DNA from: Felis catus
Lineage: Eukaryota
NCBI RefSeq assembly: GCF_018350175.1
Contig: NC_058368.1
Span: forward strand, 145,454,001-145,518,000
Reading direction: 5' to 3'
Length of the DNA stretch: 64,000 nucleotides
The stretch's first letter is position 1. Every line of letters starts with the position of its first letter. Position numbers and translations under genes: made by a program. The notes beneath the pieces were generated by a model that made no database searches, was not told the DNA's origin, and was given only the letters and a program-made list of their open reading frames with translations. This document shows, piece by piece, positions 37,501 through 51,500 of this stretch.

Positions 37501-38702
37501 TTATGCTGGTCTTTCTTATGTAACATGCAAAGGGGAAACTCTGAACATGTTAGACTGATCCAAAGCTCAGAATACTGGTGAAAGTCTTTCCCTTTCTCCG
37601 TTTAGTCATGATTGCCATTAGGGATTTCTGATTTTAAAATCCCTTATCCTGCTAACTCTTCTTGCTTGTAGCTGCTCAGCAATCCTAAAACGTAGATGAG
37701 GAGAACCATCCTTTTCTTTAAAGAAGTCCTTGTAAGCCCTTCTGATTTTTTTTTCCTCAGAAAACAATGTTATTTATATATTGTTCTGATGTAAGGGCTA
37801 ATTGTCATTGGCATATGATAGGTGCTATTAAACATTATTACTCTTCCCTCCCCCCAGGGGAGCTGTGTTCTCTGGCATGGAGTCTAAGAGACAGCCTTGA
37901 ACTCATCCGATTTGCTAGCTGTCCAGCTTCAGGCTCAAGCTGCCTTGCTATCTCCTGCACAGTCCTAAAGGAAATAGGGCCTAACAAGCACTATGGAGAC
38001 AACTGTAAGCATGCAGAAAGCTGCCAGATGTGCTTTGGTGGGTTTCTGGGTCCCCTCCCTCCTGCCTTGCCCTTTAGCTTGCCAGGCTGCAGAGGAGGAT
38101 TTCATCCCACACAGGAGACAGATTCTTTATCTCAGTAGGAACCCACATTGGCCATGCTGATGCTAGTTCTCTCCCCTATGTGGAAGCTGGAAGAGCAACG
38201 AGTCATGTATTTTTTTTCCCTTTTAAAAAAAATCAGGAGTAGTAGTGATAATATACCTAGAAACATCACTGAGATGCTATTCTTGGGATCATCTTGGTGA
38301 CCACCCTTTGTTGTTCACCCTGGGTACTATAAGACAGATGTCTGCCTTGTGTTTAACCCTCTCTTGCACACCACTTACTACATTTACAATTTTGAAAAAA
38401 TGCCATCACTTGGAAGGGTTGTTGTGAGTCACTCAAAAGCCACAGAGATCATGAAAAAAGTCATTCTAGGAGTGAAGATAGTGAAAAGATCACCCCAATC
38501 TAAAACAAGTGAAATGGAAAAAAGGCCTGCTTTTACTTAGAGTTCCACCTAGATTATTTTTATAATTCACTTTAAATGTTTTAATAGTTGAAATTCTTTC
38601 TTTTTTAAGGAATTGACTTTTCAGTGGTTTGTTAAAAAGCTTTCATCAGCTTTTATCACTTCTGATGACATTAAAAGCCGTTGGCTCAAGAAAATCAAAT
38701 GA

Positions 38703-38998
38703 GGGGTGCCTGGGTTGTTCAGTCAGTTATGAGTCCGACTATTGATTTTGGCTCAGGTCATGATCTTGTGGTTGTGAGATGGAGCCCTGCCTCACGGCTC
38801 CATGTGGAACCTGCTTAAGATGCTCTCTCTCCCTCTCCCTCTGCCCCTCTCCCCTGCTAGCTTGCATGTGTGCTTTCTCCGAAAGGAAGGAAGGTAGGAA
38901 GGAAGGAAGGAAGGAAGGAAGGAAGGAAGGAAGGAAGGAAGGAAGGAGGGAGGGAGGGAGGGAGGGAAGGAGGGAAGGAAGGAAGAAGGAAGGAAACT
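38703..38998 (+). mobile_element. Can-SINE whose tail is a (GGAA)n/(GGGA)n array
   Basis: SINE head at 38703; purine microsatellite at about 38882-38994. Confidence 0.88.
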
Positions 38999-40129
38999 AA
39001 ATGAAGTTTGTTACATAGCCCATTTTTCCATTGTAGATGGCTTATGTGTCCACTGATGGATACAGCTACAGACTGCCTCTGAACCAGCACTGCCCCCTTG
39101 TCACTCTTTGGCTTCTTGGCTGTGATTCTGGCTTGTTAATGTTAGGTTTGAATAAAAAACTTGACTGGTAGAAGATAAACAAATAGACTCTCTTTTCCTC
39201 AAGGGGACATTATGAATAAAGCTCGTTACTTAGGTTTGCTCAGTAATAGTAATAGATATTTTTAGTGATAGAAGAAAAGTTTTTCTTCCTTCAATTACTT
39301 TTTCCTGTAGGCTAAATAGAGATATGGATCTCATTTCTTAAGCCCAACACACTATTTGGGTTTGCTTTCAATAAAATATCTATGAAGTGTCTTCACCATG
39401 ATCCCTCTTTAATGGGATTTAGTTGTAAAGCTTAATTCATATCAGATTTTCTAAATGAGAGATCACTGTAAACTTACTGTTAATTGAATTCAATAAAATC
39501 AAGGTTTCTATAATTAACGTGAACCACTTAATCTTTTTGCTCCTTGAATGAATGTAATTTTCTAAACACAGGTATCTTCTAATATAATGACATAGCAACA
39601 TTTTGAAGAAAATAAAAGTGCATGTGACTTCTTTTTCTAGTAACTCTTAAATCAAATTAAATATACCCAAATCCCTTTTTAAAAACATAATAAAAGAAAG
39701 TAATAAAATTTTAACAAATTTACTCAAATGTTAATATTAATCTGATGTTCCCCAGAACATCAGTCCAATTTAAGTATGCTAATAGTTAAGAAATGGCGTA
39801 CTACAGTACAAAGAGCAGTGGTTTCAGTGTTTCCACATAGGTTATAACTAACTGTGCCTCTAACTGGGGGTAACATTGGGTAAACTACCAACGTTTCTGG
39901 GATTTGTTGTTTCCATCTGCAAGATGAGTGTTAGGCTATATGAAATGATTCTTGTTTCTTTCACTGTTAGAGTTCTGTGATTCATTATATTGCGACATGG
40001 TATCAAAAACCTTTGTTATTTTGTTTTTTATTTTGGAGAATTTAAAATATTAACAAAAGTAGACAGAATGATATACTAATAAATACCAATGAACTCAATA
40101 AGCAACCTCAGTGGTTACCACCTTATGGT

Positions 40130-40247
40130 GGAGAACCATCCTTTTCTTTAAAGAAGTCCTTGTAAGCCCTTCTGATTTTTTTTTCCTCAGCATAAGAGGC
40201 ACCTGGGTGGCTCAGACAGTTGGTTAAGCGTCCGACTTCAGCTCAGG
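40130..40247. repeat. Templated insertion: direct copy of 37700-37760 fused to an inverted copy of 37449-37508
   Basis: 61/61 and 59/60 identity by eye; CAG overlap at the junction (40188-40190). Confidence 0.93.
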
Positions 40248-40323
40248 ACTTTCATACCTTTGTCCACTGACCCCTTTCCTGTGTTATTGTAAAGCAAATC
40301 CCAGACATTAGCCTGTTTTTATT

Positions 40324-40555
40324 TATTTATTTTTTTAAAAATTTTTTTTTCCACGTTTTTATTTATTTTTGGGACAGAGAGAGACAGAGCATGAATGGGG
40401 GAGGGGCAGAGAGAGAGGGAGACACAGAATCGGAAACAGGTTCCAGGCTCCAAGCCATCAGCCCAGAGCCTGACGCGGGGCTCGAACTCGCAGACTGCAA
40501 GATCGTGACCTGGCTGAAGTCGGACGCTTAACCGACTGCGCCACCCAGGCGCCCC
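40324..40555 (-). mobile_element. Young felid SINE
   Basis: CpG-rich body; TSD AGCCTGTTTTT. Confidence 0.94.
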
Positions 40556-40669
40556 AGCCTGTTTTTATTAACCTGATCCCTCTGCCATCTGTATTGTTAG
40601 CACCTGAGGTCTTAGAAATTTTGGGTGATTTTTAGCAAGACTCAAATTGCCTCACTATCTTTTCGTTTC

Positions 40670-43600
40670 TTAATAGAAACATTTTAGTTAATTGTAGATA
40701 CACATGCAGAAATAATCAGAATGATCCCGTGTACATTATACCCACTTTCCTGTGGGTAATCTTGTGATATCTTGTGAATTTATTATATAATATCTCAACC
40801 AGGATATTAGCATTGATACAATCCATTAATCTTATTTGAAATTCCCAGTTTTACTTGTTTTTTTGTGTTTGTGTGTGTATATTTTTGGTCCTATACATTT
40901 TATCATATGTAGGTTCATGTATCCACTACCAGAGTCAAGATATAGAGCCCTTCCATCACCATAAGGATTCCTCATGTTGCCCTTTTGTAACAATAGCTCA
41001 CCTCACCTCCCTTTGCCCACCCCCCAACACTAATCTGTTCTTTGTTCATTTCTAAAATTTTATCATTTCAAAAATGTTCTATAAATGGAATTAAATAGTC
41101 TGTAACCTTTCTGGATTGGCTTTATCACTTGTATGATTCCAGGGAGAGTCACCCAGGTAGTTGTGCGTATCAATAGTTTGCTCTTTTGAAGAAGTAACCA
41201 CCAATACCACAGAAATACAAACAATTGTAAAAGAATATTATGAAAAATTTTATGCCAACAAATTGGACAGCCTAGAAGAAATGGATAAATTCTAAGATAC
41301 ATATAGCCTACCAAAGCAGAAGCAGGAAGAAATAGAAAATTTGAACAGACCAATTACCAGCAATGAAATTGAGTCAGTAATCAAAAAACTCCCAACAAAC
41401 AAAAGTCCAGAGCCAGATGGCTTCACAAGTGAATCCTACCAAACATTTAAAAAGATTTAATACCTATTCTTCCAAACTGTTCTAAAAAACAGAAGAGGAA
41501 TTTTATGAGGCCAGCATTACCTTGATACCAAAGTTGGATAAAGACACCACACACACAAAAAAAGAACTACAGGCCAATATCTCTGATGAACACAGATGGA
41601 AAAGTCCTCAACAAAATACTAACAAAGCAGATCCAACAGTATATAGAAAAATCATTCACCATGATCAAGTGGGTGGGATTTATCCCCAGGATGCAAGAGT
41701 GGTTCAGTATTTGCACATCAATCAACATGATACATCACATCAATAAGAGAAAGGATGAAAACTATATGATTATTTCAATAGATGCAGAAAAAGCACTTGA
41801 CAAAGTACAACATCCATTTGTGATAGAAACCCTTAAGAAAATACGTCTAGAGAGAACATACCTCAATATAATAAAGGCCTTATATGAAAAACCCATAGCT
41901 AACATCATGCTCAGTGGGGAACACCTAAGAGCTTTTCCCCTAAGGTCAGGAACAAGGCAAGGATGTCTACTCTCTCCACTTTTATTCAACATAGTATTGG
42001 AAATATTAGCCACAGCAATTACATAACAAAGAGAAATAAAAGGGATCCAAATTGGTAAGGAAGAAGTAAAACTTTCACTATTTCTATACGATGTGATATA
42101 TATGTAGAAAACCCTAAAGATTCTACCAAAAAACTATCAGAACTGATAAATGAATTCAATAAAGTCATAGGATATAAGATCAATGTACAGAAATCTGTTG
42201 CATTTCTATACATTAATAGCAAAGTTGAAGAAAGAAATTAAGAAAATGATTCCATTTACAAATGCACCACAAATAAAGTTTCTAGGAATAAATTTTACCA
42301 AAAAGGTGAAAGACCTGTACTCTGAAAATTATAAAACATTGTTGAAAGAAATTGAAGAGGTCACAAAGAAATGGAAAGACATTCCAGCTCATGGGTTGGA
42401 AGAGCAAATATTGTTAAAATGTTTGCACTACCCATTGTGTACTACACACACATTGCATCTTCCTTTATCCATTCATCAGTCAATGGACACTTGGTCTGCT
42501 TCCATAATTTGACTATTGTAAATAATGCTGCTATAAACATCCGGGTGCATGTATCCCTTTGAATTTGTGTTTTTGTATTCTTTGGGTAAATACCCAGTAA
42601 TGTGATTACTGGCTTGTAGGGTAGTTCTATTTTTAACTATTTGAGGAACCTCCATACTGTTTTCCAGAATGGCTACACCAGTCTGCATTCCCACCAATAG
42701 TACAAGAGGATGCTCCTTTCTCCACCTCCTCCTTAACACCTGCTGTTTCTTGTGTTGTTGATTTTAGCCATTCTGACAAGTATGAGGTGATATCTCATTG
42801 TAATTTTGATTTGTGTTTCCATGATGGTGAGTAATGTTGAGCATCTTTTCGTGTGTCTGCCATCTGTATGTCTTCTTTGAAAAAACATCTACTCATGTCT
42901 TTTGCCCATTTATTAATTAGATTGTTTTTGGGTGTTGAATTTTATAAGTATTTTATGTATTTTGGATACTAACCCCTTACGAGATATAACATTTGCAAAT
43001 ATCTTCTCTCATTCAGTAGGTTGCCTTTTGGTTTTGCTGATTGTTTCCATCACTTTGCAGAAGCTTTTTATTTTGATGTAGTTCCATTAGTTTATTTTTA
43101 CTTTTGTTACTCTTACCTCAGGAGACATACCTAGAAAGAAGTTGCTATGGCTGATGTCAAAAAGGTTACTACCTCTATTTTCTTCTAGGATTTTTATGGT
43201 TTCATGTCTCACATTTAGGTCTTTAATCCATTTTGAGTTTATTTTTGTGTGTGATGTCAGAAAGTGGTCCAATTTCATTATTTTGCATGTAACTGTCCTG
43301 GTTTCCCAGCACCATTTGTTGAAGAGACTGTCTTTTTTCCATTAGATATTATTTCCTGCTTTGTTGAAGATTAACTGCTCATGTAGTTGTGTATTCGTTT
43401 CTGGGTTTTTGTTCTATTGATCTGTGTTACTATTTTTGTCTGGTGCCATACTGTTTTGAACCTACCGCTTTGTAATATAACTTGAAGTCCAGAATTGTGA
43501 TGCCTCCATCTTTACTTTTCTTTTTCAATGTTGCTTTGGCTTTCTGGGGTCTTTTGTAATAGCATAAAATTTTTAAGATTGTTTGTTCTAGCTCTGTGAA

Positions 43601-44470
43601 GAATGCTGTTGGTAGTTTGATAGGGATTGCATAAGAATGAAATCTTGCCATTTGCCATGGATAGAGCTAGAGACTTCTATGCTAAGTGAAATAAGCCTGT
43701 TGAGAAAGACAAATACCATATGGTTTCATTCATATATGGAATTTAAGAAACAAAACAAATGAGCAAAGTGGGGGGAAAAAAAGAGAAAGAGAGGCAAACC
43801 AAGAAATAGACTTTTAACTGTAGAGAACAAACTGATGGTTACCAGGAGGGAGGTGGGGGAAATAGGTGATGGGATTAAAGAATACACTTATTATGTAGAG
43901 CAGTGAGTAATGTATAGAATTGTTGAATCACTATTTTGTACACATGAAACTGATATAATACTGTATGTTAACTATGCTGGAATTAAAATTTAAAAACTTA
44001 AAAAAAGTGAAAGCAAAAACAAAATAGTTTGCTCTTTTAATTGCTGAGTAGTGTGATGTATCACAGTTTGTTTAACCATGACCTATTGAAAGACCTTTGA
44101 AATATTTCAAGTTTTGGGCTGTTGTGAGTAAAACTGCTATGAACATTCGTGTACAGTTTTTTTATTGCTCTGAGATAAATGCTCACGAGTACATTGGTGG
44201 GTCTTATGGTAGTTATATGTTTAGTTTCATAAGAAATTGCCATATGATTTTATGCTCTAAGCAGCAGTGTATGAAAGATCTAGTTTCTCTGCATCTCCAC
44301 CATCATTAGAAGGTGTCACTATTTGTTATTTTAGGCATTCTGATAGATACACAGTGATATCTCATTGTAGTTTTAATTTGCATTTCCCTGATGGCTAATG
44401 AATGATGTTAAACATCTTTATTTGCCATTTGTTTATTATTTTTTTGGTGATCTTTTGCATTTTTACTCCT
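40670..44470 (-). mobile_element. Old L1MB/L1MC-like 3' fragment split by a younger L1 (parts 40670-41187 and 44023-44470)
   Basis: Reverse-strand L1M 3' sequence that is continuous across the TSD. Confidence 0.75.
41188..44022 (+). mobile_element. 5'-truncated carnivore L1 with an internally inverted segment (42433-43632)
   Basis: Perfect 16-bp TSD AATAGTTTGCTCTTTT at 41172-41187 and 44023-44038; ORF2 pieces switch + to - to +. Confidence 0.93.
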
Positions 44471-45302
44471 CCATTTACTTCTTTTCAGACTTTGTTGTGG
44501 GGATAGTGTTGCTGGTGAATTATCTATGAAGTGTGTTGTAGAATACTTAGATGGGAAGAAACAGATTTGCTACTGAATTAGAAAGTACTGTTTACTGTGG
44601 TTCTCAACTCAGTGTTAGAGTCTCTGGGAATACAAAGATGAATAAGGCAAGAACCGTAGTCTACAACCATTTAGTACTTTTGGAAGAGAAAGCAGAAAAG
44701 ATGTAGAAGTCTGAGATTTCCACATTGCATAACACTTGCATGGGCATCATAACAGTGACTGTGAATGATATAAGGATCCTAGCAGACACAGGTCAAGGAT
44801 TGAAATTCATTTAATATGAGTTAAGGATGCAAAAATGTCTTTGCCCATAGCTAGCTGCCCAGAGCAGCTAGAGCAGCACTGGGAGACATAGCAGCACTCC
44901 CAATGAGGAGAGTGCTCAAGCTTTCAATCCCCACCGAGGTATCCTGCTGATGAGAATAGTGGTTACAGTGAGAATTCTCATGGCTCTTCAGAAAGTGTGT
45001 TCTGTCCCCTCTCTCTTATTCCTTGGGTCTCCTAACTGTTCCAGAGAAACTGGATTTATGCCCAATTGATTACTACTGGCATGTATCTGGCATCAGCCCC
45101 AGCGCATACCTGAGTGTTGAATTTGAATTTAGGTGAAGGAAACTTCTTTCTAGGAATTTCATCCTCCCTAGCAGGACTGAGTCTCAGACAGTCTGTATCT
45201 GAAGTTTTATGTAGAAATTAGTAACCCAATTCAGTATTTGTTTACGAATTGGACAGTGATGGTCTAAGACAAGAAATAGTTCAATACAGAAGAATAGGGA
45301 AT

Positions 45303-45336
<34 letters not shown>

Positions 45337-45554
45337 TTAATTTATAGTAAAGGTAGCATTAAAAAACAATGGGGGAAAGAATGCACTATTAGAAATCATC
45401 TGGAAAAAATCCTTACCTCACACCATACATGAAAACACAATTCAGATGGATTAATGATCTAAATGAAATTTAAAAACATGTATTTGTATGCAGAATAAAA
45501 TTTAACATTTTTATAATTTTTGAGAGTGAGGTGGGGGTGAAGTAGGAGGCCTTT

Positions 45555-45761
45555 CTTTTTTAATTGTCAAGTTAGTTAACATACAGTGTAGCCTTGGTTT
45601 TAGGAGTAGAACCCAGTGATTCATCTCTTACATATGATACCCAGTGCTCATCCTAAAGAGTGCCCTCCTTAATGCCCATCACCTGTTTAACCCACCTCCC
45701 TCCCCACCCTTATCAACCCTCAATTTGTTCTCTGTATTTGAGAGGCTCTTATGGTTTGCCT
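45555..45761 (-). mobile_element. Very short (207 bp) carnivore L1 3'UTR insertion
   Basis: 15-bp perfect TSD AAGTAGGAGGCCTTT at 45540-45554 and 45762-45776. Confidence 0.9.
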
Positions 45762-46203
45762 AAGTAGGAGGCCTTTTAATGAAGACAGATAACTCAGAAG
45801 CTGCAAAGAGAAAATGTACAGATTCTACTACATAAAAGTAAAAAAAAAAATCTTCAGGATAAAATATATAAGAAACAAGGTTAAAAAGAAAGCTGAATGA
45901 AAATGTTATATGTACATATTTATATACGTACTTATATCACACATATCCTTGCACACCTTTGTTTTTTCTGTGATGCAGAGAGATATATCTATAGCCAATA
46001 ATGTTATTTCTAATATACAAAGAGTATATATAATTTTATAAGAAAGATGCAAACCAGATATCAGAAAAATAGGCAAAAGGATAAGAGCAGGGCAATCAGA
46101 GAAGAATGCAAATCGCCAATAACCATATGAATAGATGTTCACTTTCACTAGTAATCAAGAATCTAGAATTTACAACCAAAAAATGATGTTTAAAAATTCA
46201 TCA

Positions 46204-46383
46204 GGGGCCCCTGGGTGGCTAAGTCAGTGGAGTGTCTGACTCTTGATTTCGGCTCAGGTCATGATCTCATGGTTTGTGAGATCAAGCCCCACGTCAGGCT
46301 CTGCACTGAGTGTGGAGAGCCTGCTTAAGATTCTCTCTGCTTGCTTTCACACGTTCTCTCTCTCTCACAAAATAAAAAAAAAT
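46204..46383 (+). mobile_element. Can-SINE
   Basis: TSD AAAAATTCATCA. Confidence 0.9.
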
Positions 46384-48414
46384 AAAAATTCATCACATAG
46401 GCAAAATTAATAACCAATAATGTTCAAGTACTTATGGGATATGGAAAAGACATTCTCCTACATTCTTGCTGGGAATATAAATTGATACAGCCTTTTTTTC
46501 TGGGGATAGATTGGCAGTATGTATTGAAATTTAAAATGCACATACCCTTTCTTAAAATATTGCCCCCTTTCGGAATCTGTACCACAGAAAAAAGAGGTAT
46601 AAAAGGATATATGTGCTAAGATATGTATTGAATTATTAGTTGTAGTAGCAGAAAATTATAATCAGCCTAAAATATCTAGCAATATGGACATACTAAAACA
46701 AATGACTGAACAAAGTGTGGCACAGTCATGTATTGGAATACAGTGAAGCCATCAAAAGAAAGAGCAAAATCTATAGTACTGACATGGCGGACATGCTAGG
46801 ATGCCCATGATTTAATCAATGAATATGTGTATGTGTTGTGATTAAATCGGGTGGGTGAGTGGGTGTATGTGTGTGAATGTGTTTGTAGGCGAAAAAATTC
46901 TAAAAGTATACACTAATCTGCTAAAAATTATTACATACCTGGGGTATAGAAGTGCTAGGGTGACGGAGATTTCCCTTTTTTTTATGTACTTGTGCAGTGT
47001 TTGCAATTATTTTTTTTGTCACAAAGACATGATGCTTTATAATGTTAAAAAAGAAAAGAAATTATAAATAAATGCTGACCAACCTAATCTTTGACCAAAA
47101 AGAATTTGGTTTGAAGAATTGCTTTAAAAGGAGGTACAGGTAACATTGCCTAATGACAGTTCAAATAAACAAACAGAAAAACCTCTTTCTTGCTACTGGA
47201 TTAACTTTCTGTATCTGGAATATATATTTCAGTGATTTGTCTCTGGTTAGTTAATTCATTGTGTTTAATTGATAGTATTTACTGGAGTATAGTGAAAACT
47301 ATTTTGTACGTATCTTAGGTTGTGATTTATCCAGTGTAATATCTCCCTCAATGCATTGACTGTGAGTGGGGAATTAGTAAAGCAGATATGGATCTGGAGA
47401 GCAGTCTGTGGCTTTACTTATCTCCACAGGAAACCTTATTTCTTATTGATAAAGTTTGAAATCTTTCCTGTAACTCTTTCCAATTGTTCATTGTTGTTAC
47501 TGTTTTAATGAGAGGTAGAAATGAGCCAAACCAACCTGCTTCTTTCCTTTTACTAACTTAATTTCAAAGGAAATTCTTCAGTCCAAATAAATAAGTGAGT
47601 GTGGATGGAACCAGATTCTGACTCAACATGTCCAATTAATTGCTTCCAAACATTAAGATAAATTCCTCAGAAACACTCACAAATAATAAAAAACCACCAG
47701 TAAGGAATGATTAGTGAGAAGTGAGCTGGCTAGAGCCATCTATGCTTACAAAAACTGTATTTAAGTTGACATTAATATTTGCCATCTATTCTGTTATAAA
47801 TATCAAGATTTATTGTAGAAATATACCACCGATAGCACAATAATAAAGAAAACAGACTCATCTCAGGTTTTGAAATGTACCTAACAAACTCAACCTCTTG
47901 CAAAATAACTTTCTTATTCAAAATGGAACTGGGAATTGTTCAGCACACAATGAATCATTTTTTGGCAAGTACAATAGAATCTTTAGGGACATTTCACAGC
48001 CTCTTGTTCAATTGTTAGGATGTTTTTAGCTTTCACAGGTAGGGAAGAAGGTAGCTTGTATAGCCATCATCTTGTTGCTAAAATTGTACAGTAAAGATTT
48101 TTCAGAGTTGCTGTTGCAATAGATCTTTTTGCCTTTTTTCCCCCCTTCTTGTTTCTTTACCCAGAGCTGCTTTGTCTCTCAAAAACAATCTGGAATTACT
48201 TAATGCTAATGTTTTCTGGTTTTACTATTTACCCACGACTCAAATGTTAAACATTAATGTTGGAAACTCCCTTTTCCTTACCTCATAGTCCTATATTTGT
48301 TTAACTGTTATTTTGCCAGAAGAAAACCTCCTCTTTTCCCTTTCTGTGTTAATGTACTTTTTTTTCTTTAAATGACAAACACATTTTCTCTCTCTCTCTC
48401 TCTCTCTTTTTCAG

Positions 48415-48553
48415 GAGGCTTTAGAACTACCCCTGGATGATTCTGAAGTGACTGAGACCACAACGGGAAGCCAAGTGATTAAATATGAATATCATGTTTT
48501 ATACTCCTGTAGCTACCAAGTGCCTGTGCTTTACTTTAGGGCAAGCTTTTTAG
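48415..48553 (+). CDS. ATG10: ATG10 internal coding exon (139 nt, phase 0 to phase 1)
   Basis: (CT)n pyrimidine tract + TTTTTCAG acceptor; translates EALELPLDDSEVTETTTGSQVIKYEYHVLYSCSYQVPVLYFRASFL-(D); donor G|GTAAG. YEYHVLYSCSYQVPVLYFRA is the recognisable Atg10 motif. Confidence 0.96.
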
Positions 48554-51500
48554 GTAAGACCATGTCGGAAGCTAAATGTAAATTCATAACATTTACATGT
48601 AAGGCAGAAAGCAGATTTAGAAAATTATTCCTGAGAGGAAAAAAAATAGAGTTAAAAATAAGAAAAGTGTGGGTGAGGTAAGGTTTTACCAGTAAATTTT
48701 CTCATGCTTTAGAAAGAGTATCAAGACTTCAGAGTGAATGATATCATCCCAGCCTTAAGTCTGATCTTCAGATCCTTGGCCTCTTGCCCAACGTTGACTA
48801 AGCCCCCCTGGCCCTTTTTCTTTTCTTTAAACAAGTAGGAACAACTTAAAGCTACAATGTTTATATACTTCTAACTTTACAGTAAAAATTTCTTTCAATG
48901 TAAGCGATTCCATTAAGTCAAAAGCCCCCACGCCTCCTTTCCCAATTGCTAATAATTATTTCAGGAACTGTTTATCAGTTAGTTCAAGCTATGTTTAAAA
49001 ATAGCACTAACATTTCCTTAGACCATCTATACATCTCCAGTGCCTAAGTTTTCTGAGATGCTGTTACTCAACTCGTTCTCCTTGCCAAAGAAGGTGAAAC
49101 ACCCTGTCTCCTCTGAGGACTTGGCTGATAAAGCTTATTTAATCAGCAGCCACATGAAGTCCTCCCCCCATAGTGCCATGAGGACTCCCCCTTCTTGTCC
49201 TCTGCCTAAACCGGATCTGCATTGCAAGGCTCTGCCTCCCCAGCCTACCCTTTCCCCTATTTCTCCTTTTCTATATGGCCTTATCTGCAGCATTTTGCAT
49301 TTTGAACAGCCTTCTAACTTTTTTCTGGATAGCTAAGACATCTGAATTTAGCCAGTGATATTTTATTTTTAATTAAAAAGTAGCTTAAGCTGCTTTGAAT
49401 GTGTATTTGGTAGATTTAATCACTTGCTGCCTTATATTGTTTAATGGTCTCTAATTTTGCAGTGTTGGCGGTTTAACAAGCACTTAGGATTTAAAACACA
49501 AGAACAAATTCTCATAGACTCCCTGGTGAGAAGATTTTAATCTGAGGTGCACTTCCTAAGAACTGACAATTTGGGGTAAATTTTCAACATGGGACATGGG
49601 GAATTGAGGACACTGATAGTTACTAATTTGTGAACTCTTGCTGCAGGTTTATCCATATGATTGTTAAAGGCCTTGAAAACATCCACTTTATTATGTTGTA
49701 ATTCTATTTGGTTTGGAGTTCAAACATTAAAGGAGGGTTCTTGTCAGTGAACTCTGTTATACTAAAAAGTAGAAGGGGATACATTCATTTACCACGGGGA
49801 GGGAAATATTTTTCTTGTTTTTGGTTTGCAGTGTCTCTACCCAGTATCTTTCTAGATTCAAAGACATATCAAGGCTGCAGGTAGAGGAAATAGGACACCA
49901 CTTCTTCAATACTGTACTTTCATATAATTAGTATTCACCATAAGCAGTTAATCACCAGAGAAGAGCTCCCAGAGACAAAACAAGTTGTTTAGCTTGTCAG
50001 CATTAGGGAATCGGAGGTGTTGAAACATGACTGCTTCTAGCTGGAAGTGGGTCTTGCCGAGGCCGGTGGATGAGCTCATATGTGCACTTTGCTCTTATGT
50101 GCCAACAGCTCCCCTTACAGTACAGCACAGTAATTGTTCCTGCAAGTGCGATTATATTTTAATGAAATTTGTGTACTTCCCAAGATCTTTTCTTTATGAT
50201 GGTTTGCTTTTTCTTCAAAAACAAACAAACAAACAAACAAAAACCCCACTAACTCTCTTGGATCCTACCTATATACTTTTAAGACACCCTTTATTTATGC
50301 TTAATGAAAGAAAGCCAAAACAAGTCATTTGTTTCATACAGCAGGATTCCTTGTTCCTTCCTCCCCGTTCTGTGTTGTGTGGAATGAGCCCTAGGAATTT
50401 TTAAATTCCAGAATTTATTTAGTGTTTATTCAGGTACATTAAAATATCAAATTTAATTTTTCAAAGCATACTGGGTTTTTTCCTGTAGAGAAACATGAAA
50501 AATGGTTCTTTCCTTTATCATATTCTAGGAATTTCTTTTCTTTTCTGCTAACATAACCTAATGGACATTCTAAAAATGTTTCGCCCTTTATTCTAGAGTC
50601 ATAATTTTTCATGTATTCCCCTTATTCCATTCCCATTTCCTGTTACATCTGATTACTCTGGCCCTCCATCTGTTTGTTAAACAAATGTCTGTTAGTGTGG
50701 TGAATGGATTCCTAACGTATTCCTCATATTCCAGGTCCAGATTTTTCTTTGTCTCATTCTGAGAGAGTTCCGACCTAGAAAGAGGATGATTATAAAATTT
50801 CTTGCTCAGGGGTCTTTTTGTTGCTTCAGAAATAGTTCACTTAGCCTTGTTTTTCACAGATATTTAGAATTTCTTTTCCATTTGATTGTTAGTAAAAATT
50901 AGTTTCTCTGCTCTGATCTGAATTTTCTTCTGATACTTCTTTTTGGTTTTTGTTTTGTTTTGTTTTTTAGGTAAAGCAGTTAGTAGTAATAGTTCCCATT
51001 TAAATTGATAAGACCTTTTCTTTTATGGTTTAGATTCCAGAAGAAATATTTATTGTGTTTCTTGAAATGCAGACACATTGAATTGTGAATGGGAATACTT
51101 CTTATTCCTCTGTACTGGCCAATGACCACCATGCCAACTATTGCCTAGGACTCAGCTAACATGGCACTTGCTCTGGTCACTTATTGTCATATCATTTCAC
51201 ATCATATCATATATAATATCACAGGTTTCACTGTAACAGAACTATTTGTTTTTCTTGTCCCCTGTAAAATAATAAGTTAGAAGGCAGAGCTGTAAGGTAA
51301 AAAGAGGGAGGAAGGAAATTGATAGTGAGTATCTACAACCTACAAAGTGATAAGCTTTATTCATAGCAGTGGTGTGTGTGTGTGTGTGTGTGTAATACAT
51401 ATATGACATTTGTTATTTCTCTTACTCATTTTGATACCCACAGTATCAACTGTGATACAGTACCAGTAAGTATTATTGAATGAGCCAATGATGAAGAATT

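Larger units (their letters stand above)
45250..47060 (+). mobile_element. Ancient L1ME-like 3' fragment with nested L1 and SINE
   Basis: Degraded A-rich L1 ORF2 end (CCTTACCTCACACCATAC..CAGATGGATTAATGATCTAAATG). Confidence 0.65.

Noticed and set aside
40196..40247. Independent 3'-truncated SINE insertion
   Set aside because: It contains the unique flank and private indel of the SINE at 37297-37500 and has no tail or TSD, so it is a local copy.
48554..48681. ORF extension past the ATG10 exon
   Set aside because: Read-through beyond a strong GTAAG donor; ATG10 similarity resumes at 63317.
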